Part shown: one piece after another, positions 21,168-31,987 of the stretch
Layout: each line of letters begins with the position of its first letter
How positions within the stretch are numbered: position 1 is the first letter of the stretch
Source of the DNA: Spirochaetaceae bacterium
GTDB taxonomy: Bacteria; Spirochaetota; Spirochaetia; DSM-2461
Assembly (NCBI GenBank): GCA_965224705.1
Contig: OZ245056.1
Location: 1,376,001 to 1,440,000 of the forward strand
Length of the DNA: 64,000 bases
Reading direction: 5' to 3'
Notes under the pieces: model-generated
What the model saw: the letters and a program-made list of their open reading frames with translations, nothing else
Told to the model about the DNA's origin: nothing
Databases searched by the model: none
Position numbers and translations under genes: made by a program

Positions 21168-21695
21168 TTAGTAGATGTAGTTCCCTTCTACTTTCATGCT
21201 ATTACTGTCGAACCAAGGATCCCCTTCAAAAGAGACTGTTGAGTACGTATTCTTATACATTTCAATAACCTCAAAAAATCTCGTTTTCAGTAGTTCAGGA
21301 TCCTGGGCCTCAGAAGATACGACTTCCATTTTTGCTACAGTCGCCAATAGTGCTGTTAGATATGCCATGTTTGTTGCTATCTCATTATAAGTAGTGAAAA
21401 AGTTCTGAATTGATATTGTATATCCTCCCATTGTGTCCTCTTCAACAAATGCTCTATACTCTGTTGTTTCACTACTAACAAGCGTGACTTTTCCTTCCTC
21501 AATGAGTGTCTTCATTGTTGAATATGCAGGGTCATTCTCATAAAACGATCCAATAGAATATAGTCCCCGCAGTACGAGTACTATTGGCGTTTTTGTTTCT
21601 GATTCGAACTGTTGATTGGCTTCACTCAATACTAATGGTGTGGCACATGAAAATAGCATAAGAGCTATTCCGATTGATAATAAAATCTTTTTCAT
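21168..21695 (-). CDS. Hypothetical lipoprotein
   Basis: MKKILLSIGIALMLFSC lipobox; GGAGG RBS. Confidence 0.75.
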   Translation of the reverse strand: MKKILLSIGIALMLFSCATPLVLSEANQQFESETKTPIVLVLRGLYSIGSFYENDPAYSTMKTLIEEGKVTLVSSETTEYRAFVEEDTMGGYTISIQNFFTTYNEIATNMAYLTALLATVAKMEVVSSEAQDPELLKTRFFEVIEMYKNTYSTVSFEGDPWFDSNSMKVEGNYIY

Positions 21696-21742
21696 ATTTC
21701 CTCCAGGAAAGAAGTTCCACCTGCTTTAACAGTTACACCTAA

Positions 21743-23030
21743 CCCCTATTTCTCACCAAGACCCTGACACAAAGCAGGCTTCCCATGCTAAAATATTTAC
21801 ATGAAAAAAAATAACAAACAAAAAGAAGCCCGCTTTGCTAATATAGAGTATAAAGCCCATCAGCTCGAGTTGCAAGGGATGGAAATCGGAAAATCCCACA
21901 AAATCATTATAAAGAATGACGGCAAGGTCAACAGCTCCGATGCCGGATTTCTTCTCCTCCAGCAGGTTGAGCAGAAGCATAGGATTATTGAAAAGCTGTC
22001 AGATTTCTTCACTGATAAAAGAGATCCGCTCTATGTGTTCTGTGATGATTTTCCCCTGATCGCCCGGCTGCGGCCGTCCAGCCTGGATGCCTGTGAGGGT
22101 ACCGAAGAGATTCTGGTCAATCTGGTTGGCGCGATTAGGGCCAGATTTCCTGATGTCCGCATCATTTTCCGTGGAGACTCGGACTTCTGCCGTGAGAGTG
22201 TCCTGAAGCAGTGTGAGATATTGAAAGTCAAATATATCACCGGTATGGCAGGAAATACGAGGCTGCTGAAGAAGATTGATCCGCAGATGGTTGAGGCTGA
22301 AAAGCTCTTCGTTAAGAGCAAAGCAGCCGAACGTGTTTTTAGCCGTTTTCCCTGGAAGACCCAAAGCAGCTGGAGTCGCAATCGGGATGTCATTGCCAGG
22401 GTGGAACATCTGCCGGGCAAGAAGAATCCCCGCTTTATTGTGACGGACATACCTGCTGAAGAAGGGGATGCCCAATCGCTGTATGAAGATGTCTACTGTG
22501 CACGCGGCGATATGGAGAATCGCATCAAAGAGCAGCAGCTTTATCTGTTTGCCGACCGCACCTCCAGCTATTGGGTGAGTTCGAATCAGCTTCGATTGTA
22601 CTTTTCGACAATCGCCTATATATTCTTTGTCCATCTTCGAAGAACAATTCTGCAGGTCAGCGGTGATGAAACTCGAAGCATGTCCTCTACAATCCGATTA
22701 AGGATGCTTAAAGTTTCGGCCGCTGTAAAGATTACGGTTCGCCGAGTCTGGATCAGTCTTCCGGAGAGTTTTCCCTGGTGGGACATCTGGATACGAACAT
22801 CCCGGGCCATCTGAGCGGTAATAAAAACAGTTGATAGTTCTCATCTGGATTCCCTGGGGAAGCTGTGCACCGAGGGTTGAAAAAATGCAAAAAAAATCAG
22901 AAGAAATCGACTTAAATTGGACGGAAATAACAAGGATCAATCAACTGGAAACTTTTTTTTGATATATTAGCGGAGAGAACAGAAATTCCCCAGGATTTTT
23001 ATGTAGTTTTATGTTGGTGAGAAATAGGGG
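21743..23030 (+). mobile_element. IS1380-family element, internally deleted
   Basis: TIR CCCCTATTTCTCACCA / TGGTGAGAAATAGGGG; flanks CTAA/CTAG. Confidence 0.85.
21801..22814 (+). pseudogene. IS1380-family transposase (shortened, 337 aa)
   Basis: SSDAG, RGDSDF, NPRFIVT, YCARGDMENRIKE, NQLRL; N-terminal part joins directly to PLYVFC. Confidence 0.8.
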
Positions 23031-23057
23031 CTAGCGGATATCGTCGGCCAGACGGCT

Positions 23058-23322
23058 TTGAATTTCCCTCCGGGCTGGTTCAGCTACCTGGAGGCAGTTG
23101 TAATGCCTCCAAATCTTGAACTGGAGAACGGCAATTTGTCCGTCCAACCTGTCCGTCATATTACGGGAGGGATGCGTTTGTTCTTTCGGATTGATGGTTT
23201 CCGGCTGGAAGGAGGATACGTTTACAAAGGTGATAAAAAGGTCTCCTTCGATTTGCTGGGCCATCGGCCTTACCTGTCGTTTCATGGACATGCAGGAGTG
23301 GATTTTACGGTATAGCTATTAA
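23058..23322 (+). pseudogene. Diverged, deleted paralogue fragment of the 19062-20276 gene
   Basis: FSYLEAVVMPP..FFRIDGFRLEGGY.YKGDKKV..GHRPYLSFHGHAGVDF, then jumps to the gene's final TATAGCTATTAA. Confidence 0.8.
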
Positions 23323-23385
23323 CACTGCTGGAATCATTGACAGCTTGACGTACACAAAGAACCGCCATTACTATCCTGTCAATGA

Positions 23386-23459
23386 GCCCCGGTAGCTCAG
23401 CAGGATAGAGCAACTGCCTCCTAAGCAGTAGGTCAGCCGTTCGAATCGGCTCCGGGGTA
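23386..23459 (+). tRNA. tRNA-Arg (anticodon CCT), CCA not encoded
   Basis: GCCCCGG acceptor stem / CCGGGGT-A, TAGCTCAG-CAGGATAGAGC D arm, ACTGC-CTCCTAA-GCAGT anticodon arm, GTTCGAATC T loop. Confidence 0.95.
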
Positions 23460-23468
23460 TAATCAGGA

Positions 23469-23690
23469 AGTGTCAGAAAGCTTGTTGCAGCCTGGTTTCA
23501 TTTTAATCAGGCGAGATAATGATCCTTGTCAGATACAGCAGTTCAATGTTGAATGCTGCCGATGATTCGGCGAATTACTCTCTGGTACTGTGAGAAATCT
23601 TCTCGGCATGGTATATTGTAAATTATTTTTCTGACAGGAATTAATTCTCTAATAAAAGTAATCACTCTGTTTAACAAGCTTTCTGACACT
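23469..23690. mobile_element. MITE-like element family 2
   Basis: TIR AGTGTCAGAAAGCTTGTT / AACAAGCTTTCTGACACT, ~10 bp downstream of the tRNA. Confidence 0.7.
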
Positions 23691-23851
23691 GCAAATTCCT
23701 TCCTCAAATCTCATCCTAATACTTGACTCGAATTCCATGAATTGAACACCCAGAAGCTTTCAGTTCTGAGGCAGCCACTTTTCATCACGTGGATTAGATT
23801 ATAAGGCAATCGCACTTGACGGCCTGTACTGGTTAACCCTACTATCAGCTA

Positions 23852-24014
23852 GGAGCCTGTCGGATTTACGTCTCACGGCTCGATTTTTGCCCTTTTTCCC
23901 TGCTGCTGCGTTGCCAAAATACTCACGTAGCCCAGCTACGCTCCGTTTTTGTCGCCTTGCATCAGGAAAAAATCATCAAAAATCGCCTCGAAGCCTTAAA
24001 GTCCGACAGACTCC
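23852..24014 (+). mobile_element. MITE family 1, short form
   Basis: Near-identical to 2929-3091. Confidence 0.85.
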
Positions 24015-24121
24015 CAGGAGACTTAATCGTTCTGAAATAAAACAGGTAAGAGTTGACCGATATCAGGATTGCAGGAAGTTTCCAGGCAGATATGAACAAA
24101 TTTAATTAAGGGAAGGTTTTT

Positions 24122-25060
24122 ATGTTTAAGATTCCATTCAGTGTTGAAGAGAGTATTTCTATTGACTCCAGCGCAGAAAATGTCTACAAATCGGTTTCCA
24201 ACTTCTCGACCTGGGGAGAATGGTCTCCCTGGATTTGCCAGGAACCAAGCTGCCCTGTTCGTGTTGAAGGAGACAGTGGTACAGTAGGTCATCGTCAGAT
24301 TTGGGATGGAGATTTAATTGGCGCTGGAGAGATGAGTATCAGCAAAGCTGTTCCGAATGAAATCCTTGAGTATGACCTGCAGTTTCTCAAACCCTGGAAA
24401 AGCAGGAGCAAAACGGGTTTCCAGATTTCTTCCCAGGGAGAGAAAACTCTGATTTCCTGGTGGATGACTGGTACTCTGCCCGTGTTTCTGTTCTATATGA
24501 AAAAAATGATGTCTGTTTTCGTTGGAGGAGACTATAACCGAGGCCTTTTAATGCTCAAGGAGTATATTGAAACTGGAAAAGTTCTGAGTAAAACGGCTAT
24601 AAAGGGAGTTGTTAAACAGGAAGAGTTTTATTATATCGGCAAACGGAAATCCTGCAGGATATCGGATATAGGACCAGAAATGGCGAAAGATTTTGCCGAG
24701 TTGAATGAATTGGTGGAAAACTCCACCCTACCCCAACCAAAAGGAGCTATTTCGATATACCACTCTTTTGAAATGCTTAAGGGAACATGTGAATACACAT
24801 CAGGTTTTACGTATGATTCCAGACAAACCGCATCCAATGGGGTGGTGGATGGCCAGATTTCTGCTCGTAAATCTTTACGTGTAGACCATTTAGGTCCCTA
24901 TCGTCATTTAGGGAATGCATGGACAACTGCTATGGGATATGTGCGTGCAAAGCACAAAGCTGATAAGTCTCAGCCAATGTATGAAATATATGCGAACAAT
25001 CCGAACGAAGTGCCTGAAGAAGAAGTTTTAACTGAAATTCATGTTCCGATAAAAAGATAG
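24122..25060 (+). CDS. SRPBCC + GyrI-like effector-binding domain protein
   Basis: WGEWSPW, LQFLKPWKS, DYNRGLLMLKEY; C-terminal HLGPYRHLGNAW, YEIYANNP, TEIHVPIK. Confidence 0.82.
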   Translation: MFKIPFSVEESISIDSSAENVYKSVSNFSTWGEWSPWICQEPSCPVRVEGDSGTVGHRQIWDGDLIGAGEMSISKAVPNEILEYDLQFLKPWKSRSKTGFQISSQGEKTLISWWMTGTLPVFLFYMKKMMSVFVGGDYNRGLLMLKEYIETGKVLSKTAIKGVVKQEEFYYIGKRKSCRISDIGPEMAKDFAELNELVENSTLPQPKGAISIYHSFEMLKGTCEYTSGFTYDSRQTASNGVVDGQISARKSLRVDHLGPYRHLGNAWTTAMGYVRAKHKADKSQPMYEIYANNPNEVPEEEVLTEIHVPIKR

Positions 25061-25205
25061 CAGCGTGGTTCTCTCCCAGGAGTCTGTCGGATTTTAAGAC
25101 TTTGAGGCGATTTAGGTACAGGAATCATCCTGCAAATAACTGACTGACTTCCGGTGAAAAAGAATGTGAGTATTACCCTGTGTCAGAAAGGGTGAAGTAT
25201 GTCTT

Positions 25206-25715
25206 TCAGTGGATTTCGGATACCGCCACCACATAGTTTTTCTTATACACCCTGGCACACTTCGGGCAGGTTGTATAAAAGAAATAGGTCTTCTTTACCC
25301 GTTTGTCTTTTTCCTTTGCAAACACTTCCATCTCTTTTTCCCATCTGGATATTTTGCTATATGGTCCCTCAAAGACTTTCGTTATATAATTTCCCGTCAT
25401 TTTTACCATTTCCTGTCCGGGAACATCCTTGTTGACAGAAAAATAATGCTCGCCAGTCCATGCTGACGGGTCGCGGGACATGACAATGAAATTATCCTCA
25501 CTATTCGCATTTGCCTTTTCTATATCCGAAAAAGTTTTTGAAAAAACAGATCCAAAATTTATGGGAATATGGAAGACGCTTTTTGTTTCGGCCCTGACAA
25601 ACAATTTATCCTTAAAGTGCAGTTCCTGTTCGTCCCAGTTCATTACTTTGAATCTGGGGCAGCAGTTTGTCGGATTGTCGCTCATATCGTATTTTGGCAG
25701 GAGATTTGTTTCCAT
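25206..25715 (-). CDS. Conserved small protein with CCP and YTTCPKC motifs (GyrI-like fold suspected)
   Basis: NCCPRF..WD, TKVFEGPY, YFFYTTCPKCA; AAGGAG RBS before ATG 25715. Confidence 0.7.
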   Translation of the reverse strand: METNLLPKYDMSDNPTNCCPRFKVMNWDEQELHFKDKLFVRAETKSVFHIPINFGSVFSKTFSDIEKANANSEDNFIVMSRDPSAWTGEHYFSVNKDVPGQEMVKMTGNYITKVFEGPYSKISRWEKEMEVFAKEKDKRVKKTYFFYTTCPKCARVYKKNYVVAVSEIH

Positions 25716-26114
25716 CTTGACTCCTTTTATGGCTTCAGTGCTTTTAGCCATAATTCTTCCAGAAATTGTGAACTTCAGGCGCTCTTCTGTCAATACTCAA
25801 CTTCTTGAATTAGATACCAAAAGACTCCTTGATGAAGTCACAAAACTCCCGCAGGACTGTTAACCTGACCTGTATTTGCTGGATTCTCTTTGCACGTCCT
25901 TAAAGAATTTCCGCAAATCCCCTTCCGAGCCGCCTTCGTTCTTGCTGCTGCCTTGCCTGCCTGTCGGCAGACAGGTCGCCTAAAGCTCTTGAAGTCCGAC
26001 AGGCTCCCAGAAAATTTCTGTTCTCTCGGCAATATATTAAGCAAAAAGTCTCCAGTTGATTGATCCTTGTTGTTTCCGTCCAGATTAAGTCGATTTCACA
26101 GGTCCGCCCACGGG

Positions 26115-26616
26115 TTAAAGCTTCTGGATCTTCGATTCGCTCAGACCTGTGGCCGTGATGATGAGTTCCATGTCGGCTCCGGCAGTCTTTAATCGCCTGG
26201 CTGTTTCCGTTTTTTCTTCTTCTCTGCCTTCTTCTCTGCCCTTATCCCTGCCATCGCTCCAGGATTCATCCAGACCGCTTAGATAATCCCTTCTCCATTT
26301 CTCTTTGGCTTCCAGCCTGTCAAGCATGGCTTGATCGGCAGTGAATGCTGTGTAGAGTTTATGGGCCTCCTGAATATACGGGTTGTCTCCCAATAACACC
26401 GACATCTCGTCCTCCTTCAAATAGCCTTCGTACTTAGTTGAAATGCTCTTTCAAGTTATAGGGGTTGAGAATGTTGACGCTGATGACCGGAGTGAGGTCT
26501 TTTTGTGTTAAAAAAGCATTGATGAAATTCGTCAACAGACTGGTATTTTTCTCATCACCGAGAAGGGCGCGGGCAAACAAGTCAGACAGCGGATCAAATG
26601 GTCTGGTTGATTCCAT
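26115..26616 (-). pseudogene. Rpn-family gene copy with 377-bp internal deletion; C-terminal small ORF intact
   Basis: Near-identical to both ends of 29538-30428; N-terminal 60-aa ORF stops at 26434; AAGGAGG-N5-ATG precedes MSVLLGDNPY... Confidence 0.85.
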
Positions 26617-27001
26617 GGCTTTATACTACGGTTGTTTTGGCATTTGATGCAAGGGAAAAGTCAATCCATCTGAATTGAACACTTGTATGGTGGTGAGGCA
26701 GGTGCCGCAGGGGTGGCGGAAACTCTTCCCTTGAAGAAACTTACATGGTCTGGAGGAACGTTCCCGTCGTCCGCACAGCAGTCCTGATCAGCTTGATGAA
26801 TCAGCCGTGTGCCGGATCGTTCAATTAAAGAAGAGCCGCCTGCGTTGGGGAGCAAAGAAAATCCATGCCCTGTTTATTCGGCAGTATTCCGATTATGTCT
26901 CATTAAGCAGTGTAAAAAGAGTCTTGAAGAACGGTGGCTTTGTTGAGAAAAGGAAACGGCGTAAACAGCTTGCACCGTAGAGGATCTCGGAACATCATCC
27001 T

Positions 27002-27235
27002 GTGCAGGTTCCAAACGATGTCCAGAGTGTATCCCCTGGAGAGTGTGAGATTGAGTACCCGCTGTATTATAGAACCCGCATGCTCTCCCGGCATGGGTAT
27101 ATGAAGCTGGATCGGCAGGCGATTGACATCAGCAGTGCTCTGGCCGGGGTAACAGTTGGAATCACTGATCTTGATGAATTGCATTTTTCGGTTTATTTTG
27201 ATTGTATTGAGTTTCTTCAAAACGCATTAAATTGA
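27002..27235 (+). pseudogene. IS481-like transposase C-terminal fragment
   Basis: EYP..RMLSRHGY..ISSALAGVTVGITDLDELHFSVYF resembles IS481 integrase C-termini. Confidence 0.5.
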
Positions 27236-27537
27236 ATCATTTTGTAATCCGCATTTGAAATCACGATGAAAAAAATGGCCATATCCGCTACACTGTTTTC
27301 AACATAAAGAAGTCCGGGGAAGGCATGAAAACTATATTAGAAATCATAGGCGGAGAGTAAACCCTGCTACCGCTTAAATACGAACTAGAGGATTGTTTCC
27401 CCGAAGTGCTGAATTGCGGACACCGCTCCTTTCTCCACCATCTTTGGGTTATAGAAGAACATTTGTTCCAGGGTGTCCTTGTAATTTTTTATTGAACTCC
27501 AATAAAGTCCCCAAAACAATCACTCCTCAACCCTGGT

Positions 27538-29169
27538 TCAAGAGTCAGGAGAATCTGTTTCCAGCGCATCCCAGAAAGTGCTGAATTCATCGAGTATCTT
27601 GTGATTCACAAGAATTACTTCCAAAAATTCCGAAACAACATAGCTGAAATTCGCCGAGCGATCGCCGCCAAACGCATGGGCAAATTCATGCAGGTAAGTG
27701 CTCATGGCGCGGGGAAAATTATGCTTGCAAAACAGATTGCTCTTAAGGGCGATATATGGCAGTTTGAATTTTATGTTATTGCCGGAAGGAGTGGTGACAG
27801 TCCTGGCGAGCTTAATGCAGCTTGTCATGCCCTGCCATGCGCCACTTTCATTCTTTATCACTTGAGCCGGAGGCAGTTCTTCCGATGCCATATAACTTTG
27901 AAATAACGCTTTTGTGACTGTCTCCAGCAGCCTGATGCGCTTTTTCTCGTTTTCCGTCGGCAATCTTGTCACATTGAATCCATCATTTTCCTCGCAGACT
28001 CGCTCAAGTTCGGGATAGCCCAATCTGAGAAACCCATCCTGGACCAATTTGTATTTAACATCCTGTTTCTTCATCCATGCCAGGGCCTGGGTTCGCCTGT
28101 TTTTTTGCACGATGTTGCTGGATGAAACCTTTTTTGCAACGATCAGGAAGGGAAATGCCTTCCTCAACTTTTTGACGCATTTTTCAGATTCCGCGACAGC
28201 GCGCACCGTATCGTTAATTATGCTATACCAGGAGTCAAAGTCGTACTTCTTTTTGGGGTACTGGTACCATTTTTTTCTCAATGCTGTCAGCAGTTTCAGG
28301 GCGGCTTCCGGGGGGATTTTATTAACAATTTTATTGACCGTACTTATAACATCCATTCGATAAAAATCGTCTCGTTCCCTGTTTTTGGGCGGCTCGCCGT
28401 GGAGGCAGAAAACTAACGGAGGCGGCAGTGAGCCAAGGGCCTGGAAGCCTGAAAATACTATTCCCTCTCCCCCGTACCAGTAAGTCGATGGATAGTAATA
28501 TGGTTTCGGAAAGGGGGATCGATGATAGATGGCCCCAATGGCGGAAGACCATATTTTTCTTCCAAGCAAAGGATTCTCCTCGTAAAAAAAGCTTAATCTG
28601 GCGCTTTCAAAGATTTCCATTTCATATTCACGAAACGAGGAGATTGTTAAAATGGAGAGATTGCGTCGTCTGCTGTATCTTTTTACCCTGTAGGCCAAAG
28701 ATCTCAGCGTGGAATTGTCAATATTGATATCTGTGGTGACAACTTCCAATTTCCAATCTTTTGAAGCCATGGTTATGCCCCAGCCGTGATCCCTCAGGGC
28801 GCAAAGGGAGGCAATCTTGAATCCTTCGCCGAAATATCCGGCATACTGCCTGTCGCTGTCTCTTTTGGTGGAGGCCCCAATATGAATCAGCCAGTCATAA
28901 CTGAAGGATACATTGGCAACTTCCATGCTCAGATGGTTGTTCTTCATTTTATAAATGAACCGATCTTTCCATTCATGCGGCCCAACAGCGTCATAGAAAT
29001 TTTGAATCAGATCCCGCAAAACTTTGTATTTGGACCACTTGACAGGGTATGTATAAACCAGATTAAGAGAAATCATGTCATCATTCACGTTCTGGCCTCC
29101 TGGCATGGGTATAACGTCGCTGTCAATATAATGAAGTTTGGCTGCTATGGAAATGAGCGAATGACGCAC
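27538..29169 (-). CDS. GHKL-type ATPase domain + C-terminal HExxH motif protein
   Basis: LRDLIQNFYDA, HIGASTK, GYFGEGFKIASL; C-terminal YLHEFAHAFGGD; true start probably downstream of 29169. Confidence 0.7.
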   Translation of the reverse strand: MRHSLISIAAKLHYIDSDVIPMPGGQNVNDDMISLNLVYTYPVKWSKYKVLRDLIQNFYDAVGPHEWKDRFIYKMKNNHLSMEVANVSFSYDWLIHIGASTKRDSDRQYAGYFGEGFKIASLCALRDHGWGITMASKDWKLEVVTTDINIDNSTLRSLAYRVKRYSRRRNLSILTISSFREYEMEIFESARLSFFYEENPLLGRKIWSSAIGAIYHRSPFPKPYYYPSTYWYGGEGIVFSGFQALGSLPPPLVFCLHGEPPKNRERDDFYRMDVISTVNKIVNKIPPEAALKLLTALRKKWYQYPKKKYDFDSWYSIINDTVRAVAESEKCVKKLRKAFPFLIVAKKVSSSNIVQKNRRTQALAWMKKQDVKYKLVQDGFLRLGYPELERVCEENDGFNVTRLPTENEKKRIRLLETVTKALFQSYMASEELPPAQVIKNESGAWQGMTSCIKLARTVTTPSGNNIKFKLPYIALKSNLFCKHNFPRAMSTYLHEFAHAFGGDRSANFSYVVSEFLEVILVNHKILDEFSTFWDALETDSPDS

Positions 29170-29172
29170 TAA

Positions 29173-29310
29173 CCCCTATTTCTCACCAGCATAAAACTAA
29201 TAAAAATCCCGGAGAATTTCTGTTCTCTCGGCAATATATCAAGCAAAAAGTCTCCAGTTGATTGATCCTTGTTGTTTCCGTCCAGATCAAGTCGATTTCT
29301 TCTGATTTTC
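29173..29310 (-). mobile_element. Isolated right end of the IS1380 element
   Basis: CCCCTATTTCTCACCA and ~130 bp matching the reverse complement of ~22890-23030; partial copy also at ~26014-26097. Confidence 0.75.
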
Positions 29311-29346
29311 TTTCCTGACAGGGAACCTAATATTGTAAGAATTTGA

Positions 29347-29459
29347 AGTGTCAGTAAGCTTGTTAAACCAGAAAAATGCTTCTTCAGTACAACTCTGTCA
29401 ATGGCTTAGAACACTGTAATAATTGGGAGTAATGAGAATTTAACAAGCTTGCTGACACT
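29347..29459. mobile_element. MITE-like element family 2 (short)
   Basis: TIR AGTGTCAGTAAGCTTGTTA / TAACAAGCTTGCTGACACT. Confidence 0.65.
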
Positions 29460-29537
29460 ACGTTTGGTGCTTCCAGGAGTATTTTGTTGAACTTATATAG
29501 ACGGTTATACAGTTGATTTCACAGGTCCGCCCACGGG

Positions 29538-30428
29538 TTAAAGCTTCTGGATCTTCGATTCGCTCAGACCTGTGGCCTTGATGATGAGTTCCATGTCGGC
29601 TCCGGCAGCCTTTAATCGCCTGGCTGTTTCCGTTTTTTCTTCTTCTCTGCCTTCTTCTCTGCCTTCTTCTCTGCCCTTATCCCTGCCATCGCTCCAGGAT
29701 TCATCCAGACCGCTTAGATAATCCCTTCTCCATTTCTCTTTGGCTTCCAGCCTGTCAAGCATGGCTTGATCGGCAGTGAATGCTGTGTAGAGTTTATGGG
29801 CCTCCTGAATATACGGGTTGTCTCCCAATAACACCGACATCTCGTCCTCCTTCAAATAGCCTTCGTACTTAAAAAAATAGCACCATCGTTCAAAGTCGCT
29901 TTGAAAAGTCAGGTCGGCTTCACCGGGAAATGACATTTTCGAGAGCTCCATGAACATGATGATCAAATGATCTGTCAGTACCAGTTCCGGATGGTCCATT
30001 TCGGTAATATGAAAGCAGGTGTGATATTCCTTCAATTGAGGAAAAAGGGACTCGCCAATCAGATTGATGCAAATAACCGGATTGAGTTTGGTGTAAGTCT
30101 CTGACTGATGCAACTGACTGTGATAGTTTTTGGCCCAGTATAGCAAACTGCGATTGGCAAAATACTTACTGGTGGAAATCTGTACCTCTATGTTGATGAG
30201 GCGTTTGTGGTTGTCTCTTGCCTTGACATCCAATATGGTTTCTTTGTCGTTGAAATGCTCTTTCAAGTTATAGGGGTTGAGAATGTTGACGCTGATGACC
30301 GGAGTGAGGCCTTTTTGTGTTAAAAAAGCATTGATGAAATTCGTCAACAGACTGGTGTTTTTCTCATCACCGAGAAGGGCGCGGGCAAACAAGTCAGACA
30401 GCGGATCGAATGGTCTGGTTGATTCCAT
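29538..30428 (-). CDS. Rpn family recombination-promoting nuclease / PD-(D/E)xK protein
   Basis: KETILDVKA..INIEVQ, RSLLYWAKNY, PVICINL, GREEGREEG repeats, ATGLS end. Confidence 0.9.
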   Translation of the reverse strand: MESTRPFDPLSDLFARALLGDEKNTSLLTNFINAFLTQKGLTPVISVNILNPYNLKEHFNDKETILDVKARDNHKRLINIEVQISTSKYFANRSLLYWAKNYHSQLHQSETYTKLNPVICINLIGESLFPQLKEYHTCFHITEMDHPELVLTDHLIIMFMELSKMSFPGEADLTFQSDFERWCYFFKYEGYLKEDEMSVLLGDNPYIQEAHKLYTAFTADQAMLDRLEAKEKWRRDYLSGLDESWSDGRDKGREEGREEGREEEKTETARRLKAAGADMELIIKATGLSESKIQKL

Positions 30429-30490
30429 GGCTTTATACTACGGTTGTTTTGGCATTTGATGCAAGGGAAAAGTCAATCCATCTGAATTGA

Positions 30491-31160
30491 GGTAACCTGT
30501 CAAGTTAACTGTCCACTTTTTTCATGAAGCTCATGATGACCTGTCTTTCAAGCCGTCAAATGAATCCCTATGGCCTCATTGGCCGATCGTCCACCCAGTA
30601 TCCGCCGTGGGTAGTTGTTGACCCAATCCTGTATCTCCCTGATCTCCTTCTTGCTGTAGCACCCTATATCACTACCTTTGGGTATGAATCGCCGTACCAC
30701 GCCATTGCATTTTCATTGCTTCCCCGCTCCCACGATGAGTATGGGTGCGCATAGTAAATAGTTGATCTCTTGCCCCGGGTCAGGCAGGAGCGTTCCATAT
30801 GACCAAATTCTTCCCGTGTTTCAATATAATCCGGTCGGGTTGAAATACTTTTCATGGCTGACTTTGCTCTGTTGTGTCTCTTATAGCCTTTTGAGCCCTT
30901 CTTATGCCTTCTTTTGCCCCGGAGCAGGTACTTCCTGGCATCCCCCAGCAGACCTTCATGAATATACCGGTAGAGGGTTCTTGTGCTGATTCTTGTGTCC
31001 GTTGGCCATGAATGCTTCTCATAGTGCATGATGACCGCGTCAGGGCTGTATTTCTTTGCAAGGAGCTTTCTGATTTCCCCGACAAGTTTGTAATCGGCTC
31101 CAAGCTTTAATTCGGGCCCCTTTGCTTCAAGTTCCCTACGGCGCGCTGTGCCAAAGTAGT
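30491..31160 (-). mobile_element. IS30-family remnant
   Basis: YSPDAVI, ISTRTLYRYIH, SISTRP..REEFGHME, YYAHPYSSWERGSNEN; catalytic core deleted. Confidence 0.8.
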
Positions 31161-31719
31161 TGTCACACAAGTTAAGTCAACGCAGGAGGTGACAACATGC
31201 AGCGCTACAGTGTTCAATTCAGAAATACTATCTTGCAAAAGATGATCGGCCCGGAGAAACGGAAGGCAGCTGATCTCGCAGAGGAATTCGGGGTTTCTGC
31301 CGCCACAATCTATGGGTGGAAATCAAAGCTCAAAGACGGTACCCTTTCCGTTCTGGGAAATGAATCAACCAGTCATGAAAGAAGACCGTCGGAGAAGCTC
31401 ATGCTTCTACTCGAATCAAAGAATGTCAGTGAAGCAGAAATGGGTGCATGGCTTCGCCGAAATGGTCTGCATTCTGAACATCTTGGGCTATGGGAACAAG
31501 AGCTCCGGGCTCTTGTTGATCAGAAAGGTGGGGATAAGTCCCGGGAGATGAGGGAGATTCGCAAGGAGCTGAAAAAGAGGGATAAAGAGCTTAACCGTAA
31601 GGACAGGGCTCTTGCGGAGATGTCGACAATCATAGCACTTCAAAAAAAACATCTCTTCTGTTTCAGGAAGGACGAGTGACCCATCGTCGTGTGAAAAAGC
31701 AGATTGTTTCTGATATAAA
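31161..31719 (+). mobile_element. IS3-family remnant: left end, orfA (31197-31679) and start of orfB
   Basis: TG start, AGGAGG RBS, HTH orfA ending in an A8 slippery run; truncated by a MITE. Confidence 0.75.
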
Positions 31720-31882
31720 GGAGTCTGTCGGACTTACGCCTCACGGCTCGATTTTTGCCCTTTTTTCCCGCTACCGCGTTGTCAAAATGCTCACGGAGCC
31801 CAGCTACGCTCCGCTTTTGCCGCCTTGTATCGGAAAAAAATCATCAAAAATCGCCTCGAAGTCTTAAAGTCCGACAGACTCC
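31720..31882 (+). mobile_element. MITE family 1, short form
   Basis: Same TIRs, 163 bp. Confidence 0.85.
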
Positions 31883-31987
31883 TAAGCGTCATACACCAAT
31901 TACATGATTACTGAAACGGTGTCTATCTGCTCTTCAACAACTTTTTTTTTCTTACAGCATCATACGCCAATTACATGATTACTGAAA

